From: Geosiphon pyriformis uo1
Taxonomy: Eukaryota; Fungi; Glomeromycota
NCBI GenBank assembly: GCA_016748015.1
Contig: JAAOMT010000571.1
Span: 1,119,095 to 1,183,094 of the forward strand
DNA length: 64,000 nucleotides
Direction: 5' to 3'
Below the pieces are notes generated by a model. The model saw only the letters and a list, made by a program, of their open reading frames with translations, did not search any database and had not been told where the DNA came from. Numbering within the stretch: position 1 is the stretch's first letter; each line of letters opens with the position of its first letter. This document shows, piece after piece, positions 50,400-62,400 of the stretch. The translations under genes and the position numbers were made by a program.

Positions 50400-51401
50400 T
50401 GTTAAGTAGATAAAAGTTAAAGATTATTTGAAAGATATAAACAATAATTGTGTTAATGTTTTTGTATATAATATCATATATTCTTATTTTGCTTTTTTGG
50501 TTGAAATTTATAAAAGATTTATTATAATTAATAATCTGGTTGTGTCAAAGAATGTTTATTATTTTGTTTATAATATTTATTGAATTGTTTGTTATGTTTA
50601 ATAAGAAGCTGGATTTAAACTAAAAATTATATATGATTTAATAATTTGAAATATAAACTGAAATAATATTGTTGTGGTTTAATATTCAGATTTTTATATG
50701 TTATTAAAGTTTATTAGCAAAATTTCAGCTGTTTTTTACATATATTTGATGAAAACATTCATAAAAAACTGCCAATTGCTATTAGAAAGAAATTTTATGA
50801 TAAAAGTTATCTAAGTGTATTATATTTAATGTGTAGTAATATCAAACTACTTAATCATGTTTTTATTTGCTTGAAGAAAGCTATTGTGCACTTTAAGATT
50901 CTGTTGAATTATATTGATTTGTAAAAATCTTTGGTAAAAAGTTGCTCTTTGTTGTCATCTTCAGTATTGTATACTTTCTTTTTAAGGATTTTAGATGTTA
51001 ATATTTATGTAATCTTGTGTAAAGGTTTTGTTTTTAAAGACTGGACTAATGAAATGATTTCAATCTTTGGTAACAGAAAGAAGACTGTGTTGATGGTGGT
51101 CGATTTTGCTCACTGTTTGGCTAAGAAGCATTGGAGTGAGTTGTGGTTGTTTAAGGCAAAGGTCAAAATAAACATAGAGAAAAATGGCGTAATCAGTAAC
51201 ATAGAGATGATTCTTACTGCTTTTTGTGGTGTGTCTAGTTCTCTGTCAGTAGGAGTTATTTATTTGCTTGGTATTATTGAGTCATTTGCTGTTAGTTTTG
51301 GTTTGCATAGGGCTTGTTCTTAGTTAGACTCACTTAGTTTGTTTCTGTATGTTTGATAGTGGTTGGGCCGCACTCGTTAAATGTTAATAATAATAAAAAA
51401 A
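50400..51401 (+). mobile_element. 3' fragment of a LINE (L3) ending in poly(A) upstream of the host gene
   Basis: ORF 50931-51323 (ILCKGFVFKDW...LGIIESFAVSFGLHRAC) is the ORF2 C-terminus. The tail reads GGGCCGCACTCGTTAAATG...AAAAAAA. The 5' limit is approximate. Confidence 0.78.
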
Positions 51402-51895
51402 CTCGAAAAATTATTTCAAACCATATACCAATATTTTAAATTTAAATTTCCAGTCTATAAATGTAGATACACTTTGTATAAACATTTATACTAAAATTTT
51501 TCAAGTCTAATTTTTGGAATCGCCGGGAAAGTCATTCATTATAGAAGTGTTATTGGGCAAGAAGCAAGAAAGATTGATCGCGGAAAAAGTTTTCATCTCA
51601 ATCACTAAAGATTATGATTTTGATTACCAATTTGAAAAAGGAAAATCGAGGAATTAGCTAAAACGAACCTTCGTAGATCAAAATTGGATAATTTTAAAAG
51701 ACTATATCAAATATTTTGAGTATCTTTTTTTTTTCTTAATACCCATTCCCCAATTTGTAAAGGATAGCAATACATAAACATGAAAAGATCCTTTTATTTA
51801 ATGTATCGCGCATAATTTAGCGTAAGAATTTAACTATAAAATTCTTAATTGTGTACATGATTTTTTTTTCAAACTGGTGAATTTCTTTTGCGATA

Positions 51896-54800
51896 ATGGC
51901 CATTGGAATTCTAATTAAGAATATTACTTGCAAATTCATTATCATTCATTTTTTACTTTTTGTAACTTTTTTAAACACAATTTTTGCTGTGAAGCAACAA
52001 GATTTCAAAACGTGTGATCAAAGTTCCTTCTGTCGGAGAAATCGTGCATATGCGGACCAAGCTCAGTCAAATCCTGCCTTCGTTTCACCATATATTGTTA
52101 AAAAGGATTCAATAAATCTTCAAGATGGTGTACTCAGCGGAGAACTTTTGAATACTATTAACAACCAACCTTTCGTATTTCAACTTCACCTACTGGAGGA
52201 TAACACATCACGGTTGCGAATCAACGAGAAAACCCCTTTGAAACCGCGTTATGACGAGTTGAAGGACTTTGTTCTTTTCAAGGAGCCGGCGAAAACATTA
52301 AATTATACTCAGAAACCTGCTGGATCGAAGGGTAATAAGGATCCAACCGAAACCAGAATTAAATTTGGCATAAAAAGACAAAACACTGTCATAATTCATC
52401 ACGAACCCTTTCAAATCAATTTTTTGGTTGACGATTCGCCTATCATCACGTTCAATAATCGCGGACACTTGAATTTTGAGCATTTACGCGTAAAAAGCGC
52501 AAAAAATGCTAATCAGCCATCTGATTCTGATAAATCCCCTGTCTCTGAAGATCAGCAAAAGGCAATACAGGATATCGAAGAGGATGGAAGTTGGGAGGAA
52601 TCGTTTAATGGAAAAACGGATAGCAAGCCTAACGGTATTTTTAAAATCTAATGCTTTTTTGAGCTAGGACTGTTTTTTGATTAAGCTTTGTTTCTTTTTA
52701 TCGACAGGGCCAGAATCAATTGCATTGGATATTTCATTTCCTGGATTTTCAAACGTTTATGGCATACCGGAGCATGCATCTTCCCTCTCGCTAAAAGAAA
52801 CTCGGTATTTTTAGATTATTTTTGTGACAAAACAAAGGTTCAGAATGGTTTGCGAGTGATTCTACTAAATTCGCTATATAAATTAAATTAAGTGGTGCAG
52901 ATGGTGCTTATACTGAGCCGTATCGTTTATACAATCTCGATGTTTTCGAATATGACATGGATAGCCCAATGTCTCTTTATGGTTCGATCCCCTTCATGAT
53001 GGCACATCGAAAAGGTGCCACAGCAGCTATTTTGTGGTTAAACTCTGCCGAAACCTGGATTGACATTACAAAACCGGTACATGAGGTAAATAAACCCAAA
53101 TGAAAGGTTTACCTCCTTTTTTTCTTTAAATTAACGTATTCAAAAGCCTGTAAAGGATAATGTAGAAAATCATCATGATTTCCGAAAAGAAGTCCCAATT
53201 TCAACATTCACACATTGGATGTCGGAGTCGGGAGTGGTTGATGTTTTTATATTTCTTGGACCTACAATTACCGACATTTTTCGCCAGTATGCCTCAATAA
53301 CCGGCTACACCGCACTTCCACAATATTTTGCCATTGCGTACCACCAATGCCGGTGGAATTATATTGACCAAGAAGACGTGGCTGCAGTAGACCAGGGATT
53401 TGATAAGAATGAAATTTCCGTTGATGTTATATGGCTGGATATTGAGCATACTGATGGCAAAAAATATTTTACATGGGATAATGGCAAATTTCCGGATCCA
53501 GTGAAGATGCAAAACGATCTCGCTGAAAAAGGTCGCAAGGTAAAGATTTTTGCGGAAAATCAATTCTATCAGTTGTTTTAATAGATGGCTTGTTTTTTCA
53601 GTTAGTAACTATAGTTGATCCGCATTTAAAACACGAAGAAGATTATTATATCTATAAAGAAAGCAAGGAACTCAATCTGCTTACTAAAGATGTGAATGGG
53701 AATGATTATGAAGGATGGTGTTGGCCTGGTAAGAAAAGAGTTAATCCATTATATTCTGATAATATTTAATTACTTGCAAATTCTAAATATGTAATCATTT
53801 GAAAATTTTATCATTAGGAAGCTCTTCATGGGTTGATTACACTAATCCAGCGGCTCGTGAATGGTGGAGTAAACAATTTGCATTCGATAAATACAAGGTA
53901 TCCCTCTCCTGTCTTGGGAAATTTTCATAATTTCACTTCAACATTCATATATTTATCTATTTTATCAGGGATCAACTTCAAATTTATTCATTTGGAATGA
54001 TATGAATGAGGTAGGTTTAGCTTTGGTAGCATTAAATTTCTTAAAAAATCCATCCTTATCCATTCGCTATTAGTGGGCAAAAAATTTTTGGTCTTATATG
54101 ATTCTCCGAGAAAATTTTAGCTAGGATATCTTAGTATTCAGGAAGAGCTGTGTCATTGCAGCTTCTATTGGGATTATTATTACTATTTTTATGATAATAA
54201 ATCCGTGCCAACCTGCCATTACCAATATGAACCTTAAAAAATCTCTCTTTGTCTCTACATTTTAGCCATCCGTATTCAATGGTCCAGAAATAACGATGGC
54301 GAAAGATCTCATTCATCATAACGGTTGGGAACACCGAAATATTCACAACGTCTACGGTATGATGTTGGTGAGTGTAAAAAGTTCTCAACATAAAGGGCAA
54401 TTTCACTATAAAAATCCAAATTTACGGGGTTTGCAATTTAGCATGCCTCGACTTCCCAAGGTCTAAAGGCCCGTACCGAAATTCCACGTCGTCCTTTTGT
54501 CCTCTCTCGTGCCTTCTTTGCTGGAACACAGCGGTTTGGCGCAATATGGACAGGGGATAATATGTCAAAATGGAGTCATCTAGCCGCCACATCTCCGATG
54601 CTTTTAACCATTGGTATCTCAGGGCTCTCGTTCGCTGGAGGTACCTAAAGTTAACATGTCTAACGGTCTTATTTCCAATATTTAATTTTAATATACCTTC
54701 CTCAAAAAAATACATAGCTGATGTTGGTGGGTTTTTCGGGAATCCGGATACTGAGCTTCTGGTTCGTTGGTATCAAACTGGTTCTTTCCAACCATTCTTC

Positions 54801-55880
54801 CGTGCACATGCCCACATTGATACTAAACGACGTGAGCCTTGGCTTTTTGGTGAACCGTACACAACGCGCATTCGAAATGCTATACGTGAACGCTATGCAC
54901 TCTTATCATACTGGTACACTGTATTTCAGAATACCAGTGTTACCGGGATCCCCGTTATCAGGTCTGTTGCCATTTTTAGCATAAATCCTTTTAAAACTTA
55001 ATTCATGATTTGATGACTTTTTCTCATTAGGCCAATGTTTGTCGTCTTCCCCGAAGATGAGAAGACATTCGCAATTGATGACCAATATTTTGTTGGGGAT
55101 TCGTTGCTGGTCAAGCCAATTGTGACTGAAGGGCAAACATCTACAGAAATCTACATTCCAGATAAAGAGGTATTAGCGATTTCTCGGCTTTGATCAAAAA
55201 AATTTTCAACTTAAAACTTTAATTTTCGCGAGTTAGATATTCTATGATTATTATACGCTTGAGCTAATTCATGGATCTGGGAGAGTAAAATTTGATGCTC
55301 CTATCGATAAAATACCTGTACTACTAAGAGGTGGTTCGATCATTCCTCGAAAACAACGGATGAGACGCTCTTCTTCACTAATGCGGTTAGACCCATATAC
55401 ACTTTTGATTGGCCTTGATCAAAAGGTAGATCAAATTTCAACACATTATCCAAATATATGATGATAAACCAAACTCTTGTGTTCATTTAGGGTGAAGCAA
55501 CTGGGATTCTCTATTTGGATGACGGGGAAACATATGATTACGAAGCCGGCGCATATGTACATCGAAGATTTTCCTATTCATCCAACAGATTAACATCAAC
55601 CTCAATACCCATAAAAGGCGATAATTCGAAATTCATCGCCTCAATTAAAGATGTTCGTGTTGAGCGTATAATCATTGTTGGTTTGGAGAAAGAACCGAGC
55701 AAAATTGATTTTTATCATAATGACGAAAGGAACAGAAAGAAAGCTTTAACTTACATTTGGGGGCAGAAAAATGTAGTTGGAACCGGTTTAAGCACAAATA
55801 ATTTGAATGAAAAAGTCCTGGTGATTAAAGATCCAAAAGCTATTATATGGCGGGATTGGGTTCTGGAGATTTCCACTTGA
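51896..55880 (+). CDS. ROT2: ER glucosidase II alpha subunit (GH31; ROT2/Gls2/GANAB orthologue), 13 exons, ~977 aa
   Basis: Exons: 51896-52634, 52708-52804, 52893-53085, 53147-53539, 53602-53728, 53818-53897, 53969-54010, 54266-54367, 54442-54640, 54718-54961, 55031-55169, 55237-55425, 55491-55880. All introns are GT-AG and the 2934 nt stay in frame. Signal peptide; [37 protein letters not shown] (nucleophile), WTGDN (acid/base), [17 protein letters not shown]. Confidence 0.95.
54139..54215 (+). ncRNA. Putative structured intronic RNA (three-way junction) in intron 7
   Basis: P1 CAGG/CCTG, P2 AGCTGTG/TGCAGCT, P3 GGATT-ATTATTA/TGATAAT-AATCC. It lies in the only long intron (255 nt against 61-89 nt). 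Family not recognised. Confidence 0.45.
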
Positions 55881-56549
55881 CAATAGCAATGGATTATTGA
55901 ACACATTGGAAGAATGAGAGTGAACCCGATAATTTGAAATTTCGGTAATGTCCTGGCCGGACTGAATCGACCATAGACGATCTCAAATTTTGGATTATTG
56001 CAACTATTCATTCAGACGATCCATTTATTTTCCGTAATCTCAACTCAGTTGAAGATATACGTTGATTTCTCGTAATATTTAATATTCCTAAACCAAATAT
56101 TGGAACTTGATACGTATTTAAGAGTATATTCGATTTGAAATCGGTTAATCAATGATACAATATTATAATTTTTCATTATCCTTTTGTGGAAATAAAGCTT
56201 ATATAAAACTATCGAGAATATTCAATTAAAATTTTGAATAACGCTTTTATGTTGTTCTGATTCTCAATCGTGATTAAAATTGTCAAATAAGCTACTCGCG
56301 TAAGTTTTTTGGCCACTGTTAAATGTTAGAAGATGATGTAAGATTAAAATATAAATCTTAAATTTGGAAAAAATTTTTATTTTTAAAAAACAAAAATATT
56401 GAAAAATACACCGTTTTTTACATATATATAATTACAACATTATAATTAAATATCAATTTATATTTTTATCAAAATATTAAATATTAAAATTAAATTCAGA
56501 AAAATTTATTAACTTCAAAAAATATAATTATTTAAATTTAATTTATATT

Positions 56550-58836
56550 TTTTTTATTAAGTTTTAACAAAGTGTGCCCAAACACTATCTAATACAAAAT
56601 GTCAAACTAAGTAACATAAATTAAATGTGTTTCATGTGTTTTCTACATGTGACTAACCACTCGAGTCAGTTAAGGCACTAACTAAGCTGAACCAGAAAGG
56701 GCTGGGAGTAAATCCAACTCACTAAGTCTTTCTATAATACCATTCAAATTTCGACTATCAAAAATAAACTCACTAAAAAACAGTCTAGTTTTTTCAATAC
56801 TACTCTTAATATCAAAACCACACATTTGCCACAGAATAACCAAATGTTTAATAGTATTATCACTTAAAAGAGATACTTTAGCAGTACCAATTTCATTCTC
56901 ATTCATGTTACTAAAATTCATTTTAGCTTTAAGACTAACAAAGTTTTTAAACACACCAGCCAAAAAACTAACAAGTTTTAGAAATATTTACCATAATAAT
57001 TAAGTTCTTTTTTATTTTAAGATTTTTGTACATATTTTTAACTAAAAGAAAAGTAATTAAAACTAATTAGTTTAACAACAAATTTAATTAATACAACCAA
57101 TTCTAAGATTTGAAATTCCAAATAGTTAAACCTAAAACCAATTACAGAATTAACAACAAATATAACAGCTGATAAAATTAAAACCACAACAGCAAAAAAA
57201 CCAAAAGAACAACAGCTTTAGTATATAATTTTAAAATGAATTAATACTTTTAAAGCTGTTAATAAACTTGAAAAAGATCTTAAAATAAAAAAATAAAAAC
57301 ATTTTATAATTTACAAAAAAATAATCTAAACTTTAATATTTGTAGTAATAATAATATTTAAAAGTTTTTTACCAAATATAACATTTGTGCAAAGTATTAG
57401 TTTTTAAAACAGCAAAATTTAATATCTTTAAAAAATTAAAAGTTATAATAACAAAATATTAATAATAATAAAAATAAAAAAAATAAAAAATAAAACAGAT
57501 ATAATTATTAATTTAAAAAATTATTACTAATTTTAAAAACAGTATAACCAAAAAAAATTAATTAATTTAAATTTAAAAGTATTTTTTAAGATAATAATCT
57601 TTTTTTGGTCAAAATAAAAAAAAGATTCTAATATTATTTTTTCTAATTAGCACAGACTAGTTAATAAAAATAGCAGCTATAAAAAAAGTTTTTAAAATAA
57701 ATAATAACATATTGCTATAAATTAATAGATTTTAATTTAATTAAAATAATAATACCAAAAATACCAAAACCATTTTTAATATTATTAGAGAATATATTAA
57801 GAAAAATATTACAAAATATTATAAAAATCAGCAAAAAAAAAAACAAAAACCATCATAAAAAATTTTATAATCTTAAATATAATCAAAAAAATAAAATTAG
57901 CAATAGAAATTTTGGTAATAAAAAAAAATCAAAAACAAATTTTATATAAAACAATTTTATATTATCTTTTAAAATAAACTTAAATTCAATAAAACCAAAC
58001 AGTAATTTAAAAAGAAAATTAATTAAAGCCAATTTGATTTTAAATATAGCACTAGATACAAAAATAAAAATTATTTATTTATAAAATTTTTGATAATTAA
58101 AAATTGCTTTTTAAATATTATTAAAAACAATACCAAAAAACAAAAAAATTAATTTTGTTTTTATTTAATTAATTTAATCTTTAAAATAAGTAATTTAATA
58201 AATTGGTTAATTAAAAACATATTTAAAAACATGTTTGTTTTGTTTTATATACTAATAATAATCTGTTAAAAGACATTATATTTAATAATTAATTTTGGCT
58301 TATTTTAAAAAACATATTAATATTGTTATTATTTATATTAAGAAAAAAATTAGATACTACTAAAAGAATTTTATCTAAGATTTTATTTAAAACCACAAAA
58401 ATATTTGAATAACAATAGTAAATATAAGTAATTACTACTGTTTTTTAAAGTTTTTGGCTATTTATAAAATAATAATAACAGTAATAATAGTAATAAGAAC
58501 AAAAAACTTAACTTATTAACTAATCTATTATTAAAAACTTTAAAGTTCTTAAAAAAATAAAAACAATATTAAAACTAATCTTAATATATCTTTTAAAAAA
58601 ACTTTAACTAAAAAAAAACACCAATTAAAAGTAAAAAATACTTTAAAAGTTATTAAAAACAGCTTTTTATTATTAATATTTTAAAAAATATTGTGAAAAC
58701 ATTTGGTCTAATTGTTTTAATAACAAAAAATTTTTTTTTGTTAAAATTTTATTAATTATTATAGAAAAAATAACACATAAAACTTTTTTACTTTTTGTTT
58801 TAGTTGTAATTATAAAGTTTAAAAAAAAAAGTCAAA
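56550..58836 (-). mobile_element. ORF1-only retroposon copy H3, full-length but hypermutated
   Basis: The 3' UTR and ORF C-terminus (56682-56963) are homologous to H1/H2; the rest aligns as an AT ghost. TSD TTAATTTATATT at 56538-56549 and 58837-58848. Confidence 0.8.
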
Positions 58837-59400
58837 TTAATTTATATTAATATTAAAACCACAATAAATTAATTTTATAGATTAAATAAAATATAATTAA
58901 AATAAAAAAAAAACTTTTTTGTTTTTTAATTTTGTAAATTTTATGTTTATAATTAGAGCAAAAAAAAACAATTATTATTTTTTATAATATATTTAAAAAA
59001 ACTATAATTAATAATATTTTTTCTAAATAATACAAATTTAATTAACTTTTTTTTAATTAAAAATATTATTTAAATAATATATTAAAAACAATTTAATATT
59101 ATTATAATTATTATTAAAAATTCTTAGAAATATTAATAACAAAACTATTATTTTTTAAGTAATTAGAAAATAAATAATTACTATTATTATTAATTTTAAA
59201 ATATTAATTTTTGTGTTTTTTAAAAAACTTTAAATTTATTATTATTGATTTAAATTTAGTTTTTTTTAAGAAATAAAGCTTTGGTTTTTTTAGCTCTGTT
59301 TATTAATTTTAATTTGGTTGTTTTTTTTAATAAATATAGTTTAATTATTATTTATTATAATACATTAAATTTTAAAATAAATATAATTTATGTTTTTTTA

Positions 59401-62400
59401 TATTTTTTTATTATTAATATTTAATGAGTGAGACCCAAATATTATCTAACACAATACATTAAATTAAGTAATCTAAACTAGGCACAAATTATGCATTTTC
59501 TACACATGACCAGCCACTCGGACCAATCAGAACAACACTATAAATCTATTATAACAGATACCATACTATTAAAACCAGAAAAAAAATAGCAGAGTTTATA
59601 AAAACCAAAACAGACATCTATAGCCTCAACAACTCCAAGCAATCTAACTACCCCAGCTAAGAGCAAAGATAACAGACCTTGGATTATAGGAAAAACAGAG
59701 CCATTACAATGAATTAAACCATTTTTTTCTATAAAAGCCCTATATTTGGCCCTAACCATCCATATTTCAGCACAGTAAGCAGCACCAAAATTCCAAACGA
59801 AGTCAATAATAATCTTCTTTGCAGACTTAGCATCACCCAAAACAGACACAGCCTCCAGATACCAATTTCTGAATAAGAAGCCTTTGCTCAAAGTAGTGTA
59901 TAGCATATTATTAGAAATGCACAAAAAAAACATCTGCAAGATCTGAGACAAAGGAGAACCCAAATCAGACATGACACACCACTTAGCTAGATGGGAAGCA
60001 AGTAGATCCTTATGGACATCAGAGTTGAATGCACACACAAAAGAATAATTAAAGCTCTCCACCTCTCCACAATGAAAACACAAAACACTTAAATAATTTT
60101 TATTATACAAGCACTTCTGCACAGCAACCAGCAGACAATAATGCAAAGCTTTCAAAAAATACAAGTGCAGACCAGCAGTAGACTTGCTGATAAACCCAGC
60201 TACCATATATGAGTTAGGGTGTCAGACTAAAGCAATATAAACCCAATTCACATCATCAATCATACTATTGTTAATAATAGCAGAACCAGATCCAACCTCC
60301 TAACTAGCACAATTTACAGCTCTAAAAATATCCTGAGCAAAATGTCAAACATTACCAGACACTGCCATTTCACTAGTCTTAATGAATATTTTCTTAATCA
60401 AAACAGGAAGCACCAAATTTGAACTTGCAGCTGAATTAGCCAACTCGTCAACATGCTCATTACCCATAACACCTAAATGTTTTTTAACTTTATGCCAAGA
60501 AACACTAAGCTTTTTATCTCTAATCAAATTCACAACACTATGCCACTCCATCCAGTAATGGTTACGAAAGTTTGAAAAAGCCAAAACTAACTCAGTGGCA
60601 CAAGCATTTAAGGCAGCCTGACTGTCCAAATAAACCACAACAGAACTGTGAGAAAAAACACACTCTAAAGCCAAAGTAATTGCCTGCAACTCTGCTAAAG
60701 TGGAAGAAACCAACCTATCAACTCTAATGCCAACACTCAGATCTACATCTGAGAAGTAAACAGCTGCATCACATCTCATTTTTCATGTACCAAAATTTTT
60801 CAAAGATCCATCTGTGTAAACCTCAATGACATTTAAATTAAAAGTGAAAAGACACTGTTTTAGCTAAAGAACACCATTCAAACTACCAACATCTAGCAGC
60901 TGGAGTTCAACAACAGAGAGACCTTCATAAGGGGAAAAATGGGCCAGAAAATCACGTGCCAAACTGAACCAATAAGAGACTGGATCTTTTAGGTTAAGCT
61001 TTTTCCAATGGTGGAAGCTTTTCCAGTCAAAAATCAAACCTTTCTTAGTATGCAGCTGTTTGACAAAAACAACTCCAAATTTCTTGAGTAAGCATAATAC
61101 TTCATAAAACAAATGATTTCTCAGAACTGAAGACATTGGTATTCCACCAAAAAAATAGAATGCCATATAAGAAAAGTTCCCAAGAGATACATCACAACTC
61201 AAAAAAATTCTTATAATATCAGTTAGAAAATTGTTAACTGGACTAACATGCAACCTGACTGGACAACATAAAGGGTAAACAAACAAACAACTCAGAACCT
61301 ATAGGTCAAGAGACCTATAAATAAACAAGCAACCCAGAATTCCACCAGCATTTGAGAAACTCAACATAGAAGCCATTTTGGACTCGGTCTGTAACTGTTC
61401 AAAAGACTTTAGACCATACAAAGATGGATGATGAAGAGCCTCATTAAGAAAATTCTTTGATAGCCCAGCCTTAAGTCTCAAATTTTTTCTAATTAATGCA
61501 TTCCACTTAATATACACACTCTTAGAAAGAAAACTAAACTGAGATCTATAATCAACAATAGATTGCAATACAGCCAAAACCAGATAGAGAAACTGTTTGT
61601 CTAAAATAGCCTTCTTTAAAACCAAATTAACAAAGAACTTAATATCTGAATGAACTTTTGTCAAACTGGGTTTGGACAAATTCTCAGATGACAAATAAAT
61701 ACCAAGATACTTATGAGATTCCCCTCTATAAGCAATTGAAATTGGCATACCACTTATTGACAATAATGCTTCTTTTACTCTTCTGTTAATAGGAATAATC
61801 ACAGTCTTTTTATTATTAATGGAGATATTGTTTATACCAAAAAATTCACTAGCAACATCCAAAATATACTGAGTGGTAGCCTGGCTACTTTCTACCCAAA
61901 TTGTGTCATCAACAAAGGCACCAGCTGTCAAAAACAAGATCAAACCACCATGAGTTTTTAATCTGCCAGTTTTAGCAACTAACCTAAAGTCAATACAGTA
62001 TCTACACAAACTCTTCTGTCTCTTAATTTTACATAAAAGGAGATCATAGAAGATTCTCCACAGCAAAGGAGAGAACACCTCATCTTGGTCAAGACTATTA
62101 TGTACTCAGTACTTATAGTCAGGCCAAAATTAGTCATAACATGATTGACACAATCATTGTGAATACTTCTAAAAAATCTGATGAAACAATCACACATCTT
62201 AATCCAAACCAAACTATTCTGTAAATGATGCCAATCTACAGAGTCATAAGTTTTCTGCATATTTTGTAAAACAAGCCAAAGCTTACAATTTTTTTCTAAA
62301 GCATCTTTAACAACCAAACTGATGGCAAAAATAGGAGACTGAGTAGAAGTGCCTTTAAGCATGAAAAAATTGTCACCACGAAAAACATTAAACACACTGT

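Noticed and set aside
54047-54092. U4atac or other Sm snRNA in intron 7 (CCATCCTT and AATTTTTGG)
   Set aside because: The two motifs are only ~25 nt apart and I see no further similarity, so this is probably coincidental unless an Infernal scan says otherwise.
54131-56011. Minus-strand ORFs overlapping the glucosidase gene
   Set aside because: They are antisense shadows of GH31 exons, cross introns and have no recognisable protein features.
57000-59400. AT deserts as assembly artefact or organellar insert
   Set aside because: Most of the tract aligns collinearly with TE copies in this window. 58850-59400 and 24500-24830 remain unassigned.
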